Sequence record: NC_091964.1 | DNA length: 64,000 nt | Reading direction: 5' to 3' (one strand) | Shown: one piece after another, positions 48,214 through 57,043 of the stretch | Layout: every line of letters starts with the position of its first letter | Numbering within the stretch: position 1 is the stretch's first letter | The notes under the pieces: model-generated | What the model was told of the DNA's origin: nothing | The model's input: the letters and a program-made list of their open reading frames with translations, nothing else | The model's database searches: none | Program-made: the position numbers and the translations under genes

Positions 48214-48258
48214 ATTTTATGTCGACGACACACCCTTTCCTTATAAGGAGCCATTTCG

Positions 48259-49242
48259 ATGGACAGTACTGAAATTGAAGCCACAAAGATCAATAGCGTG
48301 ACGACGCGTACGATCTGGGGTGCGCTGATGCAAACCTGTCAGTTTGCACACTTTAAAATTCCTGCTATTCAGTATATCTCAATGAATGAACGCCTTGAGA
48401 TTCTGAAAGACCGTAAACCGCCTGCCGGACAATGGCCTTTCTTCCAGTACTGGGTAATTGGTGATAAAGGGCACATCCAACGTATCGATGCAACCGATCA
48501 GGAAACGTATATTGACGAAGCGAAACATGACGGCGATCACGCTGCTCCGTTCCGTCCAATTCCGTTCGTAATGCGCCCGGAAGGTTCTGACCTCACCGAA
48601 GCCGAACGTAAGAAGTACATTCTTCGTAAGAAGGAGAACTTCAACAACGTTGATTACTGGTGCTATTACGGGATGCGTATCCCTGGCATCACTGATGTTG
48701 TACCGACTGTCTATATGACAACGGTTAAAGACGGCGTGGGCACGACCAAAGAGTACGAAACGTCCAACGCCAACATCTACCCACAGCAGAAAGTCATCGC
48801 ACCGGATCAGTCGGTTACGACCTCCCCTGACACTCTGTCTGTATCGGCCGCGCTTACGATCGATTTTAACCCGAACGATGCGCAAGAACTCATCAACGTT
48901 GCGAAGATCCGTTACAATGGTAATGAGAAACGCGCGGTGATCTCCGAAATCGGTTTGTGCACCGGATTGGATACCGGCGGTATTCAGACCGAGACTGACG
49001 GTGGTGCACCGATCATGTTCAATGAAGCGATCTCTGTTTGGATCTCTGCTTTCATCTCGACATTCCAGTCACTTGCCTTTAACAACAAAGGCTTTAAAGT
49101 TGAACTGGAACTCGGTGCTACCGAACCCGTCACCACTGGTAGCGAAGTACCTGACGCACAGGCTGTTGACGCGCTTAACAATGCACGTCTCTCCCGCCTG
49201 TCCAGCAGTGGTATCGCTGCTACAGTTAAGCTTAACAATTAG
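48259..49242 (+). CDS. Virion structural protein (phiKZ gp139-like)
   Basis: RBS AAGGAG; YWVIGDKGH, YWCYYG and SEIGLCTG motifs as recalled for this family. Confidence 0.6.
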   Translation: MDSTEIEATKINSVTTRTIWGALMQTCQFAHFKIPAIQYISMNERLEILKDRKPPAGQWPFFQYWVIGDKGHIQRIDATDQETYIDEAKHDGDHAAPFRPIPFVMRPEGSDLTEAERKKYILRKKENFNNVDYWCYYGMRIPGITDVVPTVYMTTVKDGVGTTKEYETSNANIYPQQKVIAPDQSVTTSPDTLSVSAALTIDFNPNDAQELINVAKIRYNGNEKRAVISEIGLCTGLDTGGIQTETDGGAPIMFNEAISVWISAFISTFQSLAFNNKGFKVELELGATEPVTTGSEVPDAQAVDALNNARLSRLSSSGIAATVKLNN

Positions 49243-49254
49243 TAGGGAGCACCC

Positions 49255-50172
49255 ATGGAACTTTTCTTTAAAGATCCTATCGTCCAGATTATCGACGAGC
49301 TCAACGCGAAGAACAGCACAACGCTGAAGCGACCGTTGACCGTTAACGATCTGACCTTTACCGAGGTTAGTAGCAACGAAGATACAGGCGCACGTGAAGT
49401 GATCGCTCGCCCTGCATCTGGCGCCGAGTACTTCGGTATCATCCGTAATCCGGGCATCACGTACCATCGTTACGTCGGTACTAAGATGTTCGTCGTTCAG
49501 CCGCGTATTTGGGGCGTGAAGGGTGAAACGTACCCTGACCTTATCCAACGCATGGCCCAGTTGTATAATCTGCCTCCGTTCACTATCGAACCTAAAGCCG
49601 GTGATACAACTAAGCCGTACGACTTCGGTAAAGAAGTTCATGACCAGAAGATCGACCAGGGCGACGACTGGCTTAACTTCACGATGCAGATCTCCTTCCA
49701 TGCAAGTTCTCTTGGCTGGGTAGGAATGTTCCCGATCGTCGTGTACAACGCAGAGCGTGACCTTGGTAAGATTATCAAGGATACCGCACTTGATGCGCTG
49801 GCTTATCCTGACGATACCGAAGGTAGCGCGGGCTCGATGTCTACCCTGACCTATCCGATCGAATTTGAGCTACCTGCAAGCGCGCAGGCGACGTTGTCTA
49901 CTGTTGGCAGTAAGTTAGCCAGCGATGTTAATGACGACACCGTCAAGGCCATTATCGATCAGATTCTGGAGTACTACGAATTCAGCATCCCAAGTGATGC
50001 TCGCGATTCTCTTGAATCTACGGTGCCAGGATCCACTGTTCTGACCACTAACCTGGGCGACAGTGCGCAGACTAGCAAGCAAGTTGTTCTTCAGATGACA
50101 AGTCCGTCAGGGGCTTCTCCGATGTTCGTCGGTAAGATCTACCTGAACAACCCTTCCTTCAGTCCTGCCTAA
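49255..50172 (+). CDS. Virion structural protein, baseplate-region paralog family
   Basis: RBS GGGAG; LGKIIKDTALDALAYP motif. Confidence 0.68.
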   Translation: MELFFKDPIVQIIDELNAKNSTTLKRPLTVNDLTFTEVSSNEDTGAREVIARPASGAEYFGIIRNPGITYHRYVGTKMFVVQPRIWGVKGETYPDLIQRMAQLYNLPPFTIEPKAGDTTKPYDFGKEVHDQKIDQGDDWLNFTMQISFHASSLGWVGMFPIVVYNAERDLGKIIKDTALDALAYPDDTEGSAGSMSTLTYPIEFELPASAQATLSTVGSKLASDVNDDTVKAIIDQILEYYEFSIPSDARDSLESTVPGSTVLTTNLGDSAQTSKQVVLQMTSPSGASPMFVGKIYLNNPSFSPA

Positions 50173-50184
50173 GGTAAGTAATTG

Positions 50185-50218
50185 AAAGAGGAAGGGGCTA
50201 GTGCCCCTTCCTCTTTTT
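50185..50218 (+). terminator. Terminator hairpin
   Basis: AAAGAGGAAGGGGC-TAGT-GCCCCTTCCTCTTT; TATG at 50220-50223. Confidence 0.82.
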
Positions 50219-50249
50219 CTATGTTAACCTCAACTCAAGGGCTATTTAA

Positions 50250-50606
50250 ATGATTTCCCAGAAATTTTTATACTTGCTCGCTGAGGCCTGTCATGAAGCA
50301 ACGAAAGTTATTTCAGAACAAATCCTCTCCGAAGAGAAGAAAGAATGGAAGCTAATCGATTCTGCTACTAAGGCTCGCCTAATCAATGCGGTACGTCGTG
50401 CCATTGATGATAAAGTAACAGATCCAGCTATCGCCCATGCTAACTGGGTGACGGATATGGAAAAGGATGGTTGGCAATTCGGCGATGAGTTTAGCGAAGA
50501 AAATAAAACACATCCTTGTATGGTTCCTTATGGTGAGTTAGAAGTTGGTCAACAGACTAAAGATTACATCTTCCTCTCCATCCTGAAGCCATTCTACTAT
50601 CTGTAA
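50250..50606 (+). CDS. RyR (ryanodine-receptor repeat) domain protein
   Basis: AHANWVTDMEKDGWQFGDEFSEENKTHPCMVPYGELEVGQQTKD fits the RyR consensus H..W......GW.YG......K.HP.LVPY..L....K.KD. Confidence 0.88.
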   Translation: MISQKFLYLLAEACHEATKVISEQILSEEKKEWKLIDSATKARLINAVRRAIDDKVTDPAIAHANWVTDMEKDGWQFGDEFSEENKTHPCMVPYGELEVGQQTKDYIFLSILKPFYYL

Positions 50607-50618
50607 CCGGGAGGGACC

Positions 50619-52094
50619 ATGAGTCTCATTACTCCAGAATGGCGGGTGGTTCTGACTGATCACATCAATCGGAAGTACAAAACCTCCCTTAAGCCAGCTG
50701 CTCTTTTGTTCGAGCACAACCGTTACTACACTCCCATTACTGGTTGCCGAATTATCGACGTTTTACCAGGCGACGGGACTCTCCAGGGACGTGGGACATT
50801 ATTCATCAAACCGCGGGATCCTAAAAAGTATTTTCTTAATATCCCGGTTGTTATTTACCCTGACAGCGATCTTACTGGTTCTGAACTTATCGATCTCTTA
50901 GGTCAGAAGTATGGGATCGTATTCGATAAAGCAGTCGATATCGAACAATCGTTCTTGAACTCGAAGATTACGCTCGGCGGACAGCAAACCATTGCTATTC
51001 CGTTTAAAGCAGATTCGTTTGTTTGGGACGGTACGTTAGATATCGTTATCGCCGACAGCGGACTTAACCTTCCTACTGCTGTTAAGAACCGTGAGCTCGA
51101 TGCACTGATCATCCCGGATATTACTGATAAGAACACTCAGTCACTACAGCTTCTGACTGCACCTATTGTTATCAGTGATAAGACACTGGTACGTAAGTTC
51201 AGTGGCTCTGGTCCTGTTCTGATCGAAGGTAATATTCTCGATCGCCTGATGGTGGAAATTCAGTCTCAGTTTATCGTGGATAATTCTGACCTGGGCGGAT
51301 TACGCGATCTCTTCACCAACGTCGAGTTTGTTTCCGTCGAAACCGAAGAGAGCGATTACGATCGTTACATGACATCGATTGATTCATTGGCGAACGATAA
51401 GTTCTCTGGCTATCCGCGTTTCCGTTTCAAATCAGTGGTCATCGAAGACGACATCCAGAGCGTCGTAGGAGAGATTGTCGTTAAAGACCTGCCTGACCCA
51501 TCAGGACTGAAGATGACGTCCTTCCTGGTAGCTACAGGCGACTATAGCGGCAGTTACATGGCTAACCTTCTTAATGCTCAGGCAGAGAAGTATCCTGAGC
51601 GTGCAGATGGTATCCGGGAAGTCATTGATGCGATGTTCGGTGAGGAAGGTTTGTTTGAACCTATGGACCGCAGCGGTGCTTATGCACAACTGTCCACAGG
51701 TAAAGCAACAGTCTACGTACCAACCCGTGAGGGCTCTGGCTGGACCGGTCGCTTAGCAATTACTTTCCCGATGCCTACCTTCGCAATTGAAGACGAGTCT
51801 CAGAAAGATCTGGAAACTGAAGACGGTGCTGATGTACTTAACCTTGAACACAAGTTCATTGTTGTTTACACTGCTGATGGTCAGTTGTCAGATGGTGACA
51901 TTGGGACACCTGTTAGTTCCGGTACACTTGCAGAGACTTCTCTCCTGGCGATGATGGCTTTTGACAACGATGCTAACGGCACAATGCCGAAGCTCAAGTC
52001 TACGCTGGTATCTTCGCCTATTGAAGACGGTACTGCTTACACTGAACCTGGCTGGCCTAACGTAGAAATCCACGTTAAAGAAGTCGTTCAGTAA
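50619..52094 (+). CDS. Virion structural protein, long member of the baseplate-region paralog family
   Basis: RBS GGGAGG; LPTAVKNRELDALIIP motif; internal partial repeat (DSFVWDGTLDI vs GSGWTGRLAI). Confidence 0.68.
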   Translation: MSLITPEWRVVLTDHINRKYKTSLKPAALLFEHNRYYTPITGCRIIDVLPGDGTLQGRGTLFIKPRDPKKYFLNIPVVIYPDSDLTGSELIDLLGQKYGIVFDKAVDIEQSFLNSKITLGGQQTIAIPFKADSFVWDGTLDIVIADSGLNLPTAVKNRELDALIIPDITDKNTQSLQLLTAPIVISDKTLVRKFSGSGPVLIEGNILDRLMVEIQSQFIVDNSDLGGLRDLFTNVEFVSVETEESDYDRYMTSIDSLANDKFSGYPRFRFKSVVIEDDIQSVVGEIVVKDLPDPSGLKMTSFLVATGDYSGSYMANLLNAQAEKYPERADGIREVIDAMFGEEGLFEPMDRSGAYAQLSTGKATVYVPTREGSGWTGRLAITFPMPTFAIEDESQKDLETEDGADVLNLEHKFIVVYTADGQLSDGDIGTPVSSGTLAETSLLAMMAFDNDANGTMPKLKSTLVSSPIEDGTAYTEPGWPNVEIHVKEVVQ

Positions 52095-52097
52095 ACT

Positions 52098-52126
52098 AAG
52101 AAGGGGGCAACCCCTTCTTTTTTTTT
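52098..52126 (+). terminator. Intrinsic terminator
   Basis: AAGAAGGGG-GCAA-CCCCTTCTT plus T tract. Confidence 0.85.
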
Positions 52127-52173
52127 GGCTGATTTACATTTCTATGTAAAAACATACGTCAGCGAGTAACATT

Positions 52174-52773
52174 ATGAACCGAGGACTATATCGATCTCTA
52201 GGACTTGATCCAGGTTCTCGTAACTTAGGTTATGGAGTTCTGGATATAGATCTGGTACAGGCAATGAAGGACAAGTTCCAAACGGAAGTGAAGCACATGG
52301 AGTCCGTGCTAGTTGACCAGATCGTCCGTAAATACGAAACACGTTGGTTCGGTCGAACCGAACGCCAGCGTCGCCTTAAGTCCTGTGGGTTATTTGCTCA
52401 AGGGCTCGTCGAACATTTCGATCCTGACTGCGTAGTCATTGAGGATGCCTACCTCAATCGTCGTCAACCTACTTCATACCGATCATTATCAGAGGGGATT
52501 ATCTATCTGGTAGAAGCCATCCGTGAAGTGGATGAAACGATCCCGATTTACATCATTGAAGCGATGCGCGCTAAGAAAGCGGTGGGTGCAAAACCTAAAC
52601 GGGGTGACGATCAGAAAAAGATTGTAAAGGAAGCGATACTAAATAACAAAGAAATCATTTTACCCGAAGACTTTCTTCGTAAGAGCGAACACGCAATGGA
52701 TGCGGTAGCCCTTAGCCATTTCGGATGTGTCGAATGGTGGGAAGAAAATGGTTGCTTCTATTCAACCCAATAA
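52174..52773 (+). CDS. ruvC: RuvC-like Holliday junction resolvase
   Basis: LGLDPGSRNLGYG, VVIED, KKAVG, EHAMDAVAL catalytic motifs. Confidence 0.88.
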   Translation: MNRGLYRSLGLDPGSRNLGYGVLDIDLVQAMKDKFQTEVKHMESVLVDQIVRKYETRWFGRTERQRRLKSCGLFAQGLVEHFDPDCVVIEDAYLNRRQPTSYRSLSEGIIYLVEAIREVDETIPIYIIEAMRAKKAVGAKPKRGDDQKKIVKEAILNNKEIILPEDFLRKSEHAMDAVALSHFGCVEWWEENGCFYSTQ

Positions 52774-52788
52774 TAACTAGGACTACAC

Positions 52789-53466
52789 ATGGCAAAGCTA
52801 ATAGTAGCCGAAGGTTTGGATTTCGCTGGGAAGAGTTCTTTCGTTGAGAAATTTGTCGAGAAGCTCAATGCGTCGGGCTATCCGACAATTCATACTTACG
52901 AACCTGGCGGCACTAACTTCGGAAACGAAATCAGTAAGATCACTAAGTACCCTCGTCGTTTGTTTGACCAGGACTTAACTGAACTTACTAAGATCACTTT
53001 ATTCAACGCCTCTCGTTTAGAGAACCTTGATAAAGTTATTCTGCCCGCTCTGGCCGAAGGTAAGAACGTCGTCGTCGATCGTTTTTGGTGGACTACTCTG
53101 GTCTACGCTGACCCGTCTATTGAAAACGAAGTGATGCGTATGCATAAACTCTTGCAGAACGACATCCGCGCAGACTTCACTTTCCTCTGCGATATTGACT
53201 ACTCTACGTTTATCGAGCGACGTGGTTTCCGCGGTCAGTGCGATGAGATCGAAGATAGCTTGTTCCAACGTTTCGACTTGATGCGTAGTCGCTACCTGGA
53301 CCTCGCTGATAAAGACTCAAATTCTATGGTCCTGTCCCAATCTCTGTCAGTTGACGAGAAGGTGATGGTAGCTTACACGCGACTGAGGAGGCGCTTGAGT
53401 GATGACCGTAGAAGAACTGCTGTTAGTACGGCCGATAACGTTCGGGGTGAGCTCGCTCGCGCTTAA
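52789..53466 (+). CDS. tmk: Thymidylate kinase
   Basis: IVAEGLDFAGKSS P-loop, EPGGT, LFNASR, VVVDRF. Confidence 0.92.
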   Translation: MAKLIVAEGLDFAGKSSFVEKFVEKLNASGYPTIHTYEPGGTNFGNEISKITKYPRRLFDQDLTELTKITLFNASRLENLDKVILPALAEGKNVVVDRFWWTTLVYADPSIENEVMRMHKLLQNDIRADFTFLCDIDYSTFIERRGFRGQCDEIEDSLFQRFDLMRSRYLDLADKDSNSMVLSQSLSVDEKVMVAYTRLRRRLSDDRRRTAVSTADNVRGELARA

Positions 53467-53950
53467 AGACGGTAAAGGCTTCGTACAGGCTTTGATCGAA
53501 GAAGGCCTGAAATTAGAAACAGGTAAGCGTCTGAGTATTCGTGTTGTTAGCGAAATGATCGGTAGCTTACCAGAAGAACAGCGTAGCCGTATTCTTAGTT
53601 GGGAAATCGATGAAGCTTCCGAGATCGAAGCTGTAGCACTTGATCATGCTACTCCTGCTATCTTACCCGACAGCAAAGTTGTTAATCACGTTAACAACGT
53701 AACTGTTTGGACGCTTTGCTTGACTACACTGATGTTCGTGGGTTCTATCTCATGGAACATCGTCGTGAATCATGAATACCCTAAAGTCACCCTGGGCTTG
53801 GTAGCTATCGGACCAATCACTCTTTGTGCACTGTGGGTAATCGGTGTCCTGCGTAACCGTCAGTCTCTGATGTCTGTTGTACTGGGCGACGGCGAAGCGA
53901 AAGAATCTGCAACACAAGCTGTACTTAAAGCATTAGTAAACAGAAAATAA
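53399..53950 (+). CDS. Two-TM membrane protein (holin candidate)
   Basis: RBS GAGGAGG; hydrophobic VWTLCLTTLMFVGSISWNIVV and VTLGLVAIGPITLCALWVIGVL; basic C-terminus. Confidence 0.6.
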   Translation: MMTVEELLLVRPITFGVSSLALKDGKGFVQALIEEGLKLETGKRLSIRVVSEMIGSLPEEQRSRILSWEIDEASEIEAVALDHATPAILPDSKVVNHVNNVTVWTLCLTTLMFVGSISWNIVVNHEYPKVTLGLVAIGPITLCALWVIGVLRNRQSLMSVVLGDGEAKESATQAVLKALVNRK

Positions 53951-53953
53951 TAA

Positions 53954-53979
53954 TAGGGGCCTTCGGGCCCCTACCTTTT
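53954..53979 (+). terminator. Terminator hairpin
   Basis: TAGGGGCC-TTCG-GGCCCCTA then CCTTTT. Confidence 0.7.
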
Positions 53980-53998
53980 GAATGATTGGAGAGAAAAG

Positions 53999-54742
53999 AT
54001 GATCGAACAACTGAGTGGTCCGTTTACTAAAGAACTCAATGACGCGCAAAAGGCGCGTATGTTGGAACAAATTTTAACGATGGTTGACGTGACCATCGAG
54101 TGGGTAGAGGAGGATGAATTCTACCTGCATAATGTACAGCTCACTGAAAAAGCGGAAATCCTGAAGGACTGGGTATGCGAAGAGAAGAAAAACGGTCAGA
54201 GAATCTTCAATTCTATTGAAGAGATCGTCAAAGCATCCATTAGTAACATGAGCCCACGTCCTGATACCGAAACCATACGGGAGTTGCGTAAACAGCTGAC
54301 TGAGAAGTACGGCGAAGTCTTCCAGAGCCTCGAGCCACCGGTGCCGGTCTTTAAGTTCGATCCTTGTGACGAACCAAAAGAGAACCCGATTGCAGAGCTT
54401 AAGGAAAAAGAGGTTGCTCCATTGAAAGTAGAGCTCCCTGGTATCGGCGAAATCGAGAAGTTCAAAGAAGGCTGTATTGGTTACCATATGGGTAACAATA
54501 ACGTGGTTGTTATGTACAACTACGAAGGTCGAACTGAACGTTCCGCAGATGATGAGCTTAATAGCGCTAAGTCATTCTGGGAACGCTATTGCAAAGACCG
54601 TCCGGATGGCCCGCGTAAGGATGTTCGTATTCACGTCCGCTACGGCGCTGAAGCAATACGTAGTGAAGATAATCTCTTCCATTATGCAACTGCGCTTAAC
54701 CGCACCGTAGACGCAACCTTTACTCCTGTTCGCGTAAGCTAA
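53999..54742 (+). CDS. Hypothetical protein, about 247 aa
   Basis: RBS GGAGA before ATG 53999 (track start TTG 53978 lies at the terminator). Confidence 0.7.
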   Translation: MIEQLSGPFTKELNDAQKARMLEQILTMVDVTIEWVEEDEFYLHNVQLTEKAEILKDWVCEEKKNGQRIFNSIEEIVKASISNMSPRPDTETIRELRKQLTEKYGEVFQSLEPPVPVFKFDPCDEPKENPIAELKEKEVAPLKVELPGIGEIEKFKEGCIGYHMGNNNVVVMYNYEGRTERSADDELNSAKSFWERYCKDRPDGPRKDVRIHVRYGAEAIRSEDNLFHYATALNRTVDATFTPVRVS

Positions 54743-54788
54743 CGGCACAGCCCCTCTCTCCCTTGTGGGAGAGAGGGCTTTATGCTGT
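54742..54788. terminator. Hairpin with ACRGCAYA flanks on both strands
   Basis: ACGGCACA-CCCTCTCTCCC-TTGT-GGGAGAGAGGG-TTATGCTGT. Confidence 0.75.
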
Positions 54789-54805
54789 CACAGTGTTCTA
54801 ATTTG

Positions 54806-54832
54806 GTTTCAGATATATATCACTTAAGTGAA
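54806..54832 (+). promoter_or_regulatory. Candidate early promoter
   Basis: GTTTCAGATATATATCACTTAAGTGAA matches the 27-bp pattern. Confidence 0.7.
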
Positions 54833-54853
54833 TAAACCTATTCAATTTTACTA

Positions 54854-55135
54854 ATGGAGAATACCATGGAACAATCATTATACAATCAAGCAATCGAAGC
54901 TCGTAATACTCACGCACTTCGCTCATGTAACGAAGGGTATGAACTTTCCGTTGTTGTAGATCGTTACTGGGATGATACAGCAGAGATGTTAACGATCCAT
55001 TATGATCGTAACCTCATGCCGTTGTGCTATACCCTGACCCATCTTCGCCCGGCGAATATCATTTTAACCGGTACTGGTGCAAAGCTCGGGAATGAAGAAG
55101 AAGTGTTCGGTAGAACGCATCACGTCTTCCACTGA
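54854..55135 (+). CDS. Hypothetical early protein, about 93 aa
   Basis: Monocistronic between the candidate promoter and a terminator; GGAGA suggests the second ATG may be the start. Confidence 0.7.
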   Translation: MENTMEQSLYNQAIEARNTHALRSCNEGYELSVVVDRYWDDTAEMLTIHYDRNLMPLCYTLTHLRPANIILTGTGAKLGNEEEVFGRTHHVFH

Positions 55136-55143
55136 TCAAAAAA

Positions 55144-55183
55144 GCATGGCGGGGTAATCCCGCCATGCCCCTTATTTTTTTTT
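55144..55183. terminator. Terminator between convergent genes
   Basis: GCATGGCGGG-GTAAT-CCCGCCATGC plus T tract. Confidence 0.8.
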
Positions 55184-55184
55184 G

Positions 55185-55721
55185 CTATTTTTTCAACATG
55201 CCGTTGTACTGATCTACGGACTGGTTGTAGCGGTAGACGGACCACCACAAGGCGTCGTAGTCTGACTTGAGCTTGTTGTAGTCGATAGCGCACTGATCGG
55301 CTCGTAAGGCTTCTCGCTTAAGAGGCACGCTAGTCTGCTCTGAAAGCTGGGTTCGTACCGTGACGGTAGATTTGGATCCTGCGGTTGCAGTTCCAGCTTT
55401 TGCATCACTGGACGGTTTTTGGTCAGGTTGGACTGTCCACACCCAACTAGGCTGACCATTGTTAAGCATGCGATTAGCATCATCGGCAGTTTTCTTGTCA
55501 GCCAAATACTGATCGAAGGATTTCTTGATAGCATCTTTATATTCCGCGTTGATGTTCTTGAAATTGGAATCGAGAGCATTCTGTACAATAGTGGTAACAG
55601 AACTCTCCAGCTCTTTTTTGAACTCTTCTTTCTGATGGTTGTTATAGGCGTTCAATCCCATGCCCGCACCGAAAGATAAAACTACAGCGAGTATAATCCC
55701 GCCGATAAGCTTCAGGTTCAT
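55185..55721 (-). CDS. Rz: Inner-membrane spanin (Rz-like)
   Basis: N-terminal TM LIGGIILAVVLSFGAGMGL, helical periplasmic part, EALRADQCAIDYNKL typical of i-spanin C-termini; contains an embedded lipoprotein ORF. Confidence 0.72.
   Translation of the reverse strand: MNLKLIGGIILAVVLSFGAGMGLNAYNNHQKEEFKKELESSVTTIVQNALDSNFKNINAEYKDAIKKSFDQYLADKKTADDANRMLNNGQPSWVWTVQPDQKPSSDAKAGTATAGSKSTVTVRTQLSEQTSVPLKREALRADQCAIDYNKLKSDYDALWWSVYRYNQSVDQYNGMLKK
55214..55483 (-). CDS. Rz1: Outer-membrane lipoprotein spanin (Rz1-like), embedded in the +1 frame
   Basis: MMLIACLTMVSLVG-C lipobox, Pro-rich mature part with two more Cys; offset 238 nt (+1 frame) from the Rz start. Confidence 0.68.
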   Translation of the reverse strand: MMLIACLTMVSLVGCGQSNLTKNRPVMQKLELQPQDPNLPSRYEPSFQSRLACLLSEKPYEPISALSTTTSSSQTTTPCGGPSTATTSP

Positions 55722-56983
55722 ACAGCACCTACTGTTATAAGCAACTGCGCAGCGTCGGCATGATCCACTGCCCGGTAACCGTAATCCATGTCACGGGTAA
55801 AGGTTACTTCGTCAGTGTTATTACGATGACGCATTGCATTATGCGTAAGATAATGAGGACAGGACATGACGTAAAAACGTTCACGTTCCATTACGTTGAA
55901 CTCCGGCAGATAACCATGACCGATGCGTACTGGTACATCAGGATAGTTTTTACCAACCGTTCTGTATTGCCCAGGATCGTAGCACTTATCCAGCAACGTA
56001 CGAGTAACCGTAAGTCGAGGAGTGTTCACTACAACAAAGAAAGTCTGACTCAGGTGCATTGTTGCACGGATATACTCTTCCGTATAAATATCACGTGAGT
56101 CAATAAGATCTTCGGTAAAGCGGTTAGGCGTTACCGGGAAATCTTCCGGGCGATAGATCATCGTACGGTTGGCGTAGTACTGAGACAAAAGATCGATAAA
56201 GCGGAAATTCACCTTAATCGTATCGTGTCCTACGTAATCCACTACTGGGTCGATGAAGTATAAGAACCCACCCATCACCAACAGCACCGACTTCCCATCT
56301 AAATCGAACGGGAATTTAAAATAGGCTGTCCGCGAAATGTCCTTACCTTCATGCACAACCAGGTATTCGTCCTTGAATGGATAGGTGGTTACTCCGCCCA
56401 ACGCTTTAAAGTCTAAGATCCCTACACGGTTATCGTTGACCTTAACCATAGTACGCCCACCTTCATAAATCATGACGCCCTGTTCGATAGCTTCAGCCCG
56501 GTGCAGAAGGCCATTTACTGTGAACAGCGCATTTTTTACGATGGTCTGGTAGTCCTCAATCTCATCGTGAGAGATTAAAAGATCAAGCATTTGATCGGGG
56601 GCAAGATCGGAGTCCGGGTGCATGTTCCTGTTGATCAACTTTTGCTTAAAGCCGTAGTCATTAGCGAAAAGAGATCGAACGTAGTTGGGCTCTTCCCCGT
56701 CACCAGAATTCGATTTGTTTGGCGTGTCGCTGTAGAGTCTGATCGTGTGCTTCGCAGCACTCGCCAGGTAATCGTTAAGCTTTACGCCTGATGTGCGTAT
56801 TGTCACTGGGAAATCATTGATTGTGGCCCATCCGTATTCCAGGCTTTCGGTATTGCTTAAAAGCAAGAGAACGTTCTCGTAACGGAGAAACAGCTGAAAT
56901 AACGGTTGGTTTCCTGCTTCAATGTCTACCCAGTTGCCAAGAGACAGTTTGTCCAATGCCTTGGCAGATAAGAGAGTATACAT
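55718..56983 (-). CDS. Probable virion structural protein, 421 aa
   Basis: RBS AGGAG; divergent from the tail-fibre cluster; LFTVNGLLH and LLVMGGFL segments; function unresolved. Confidence 0.6.
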   Translation of the reverse strand: MYTLLSAKALDKLSLGNWVDIEAGNQPLFQLFLRYENVLLLLSNTESLEYGWATINDFPVTIRTSGVKLNDYLASAAKHTIRLYSDTPNKSNSGDGEEPNYVRSLFANDYGFKQKLINRNMHPDSDLAPDQMLDLLISHDEIEDYQTIVKNALFTVNGLLHRAEAIEQGVMIYEGGRTMVKVNDNRVGILDFKALGGVTTYPFKDEYLVVHEGKDISRTAYFKFPFDLDGKSVLLVMGGFLYFIDPVVDYVGHDTIKVNFRFIDLLSQYYANRTMIYRPEDFPVTPNRFTEDLIDSRDIYTEEYIRATMHLSQTFFVVVNTPRLTVTRTLLDKCYDPGQYRTVGKNYPDVPVRIGHGYLPEFNVMERERFYVMSCPHYLTHNAMRHRNNTDEVTFTRDMDYGYRAVDHADAAQLLITVGAV

Positions 56984-57005
56984 AAGGGCTCCTGCGTTTC
57001 AATCG

Positions 57006-57017
57006 TATGTCGACATA
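57006..57017. promoter_or_regulatory. Palindrome placing TATG on both strands between divergent genes
   Basis: TATGTCGACATA is a perfect 12-bp palindrome in the 60-bp gap. Confidence 0.55.
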
Positions 57018-57043
57018 TAAGTTCGAACTTAGTAGAGGTAACT

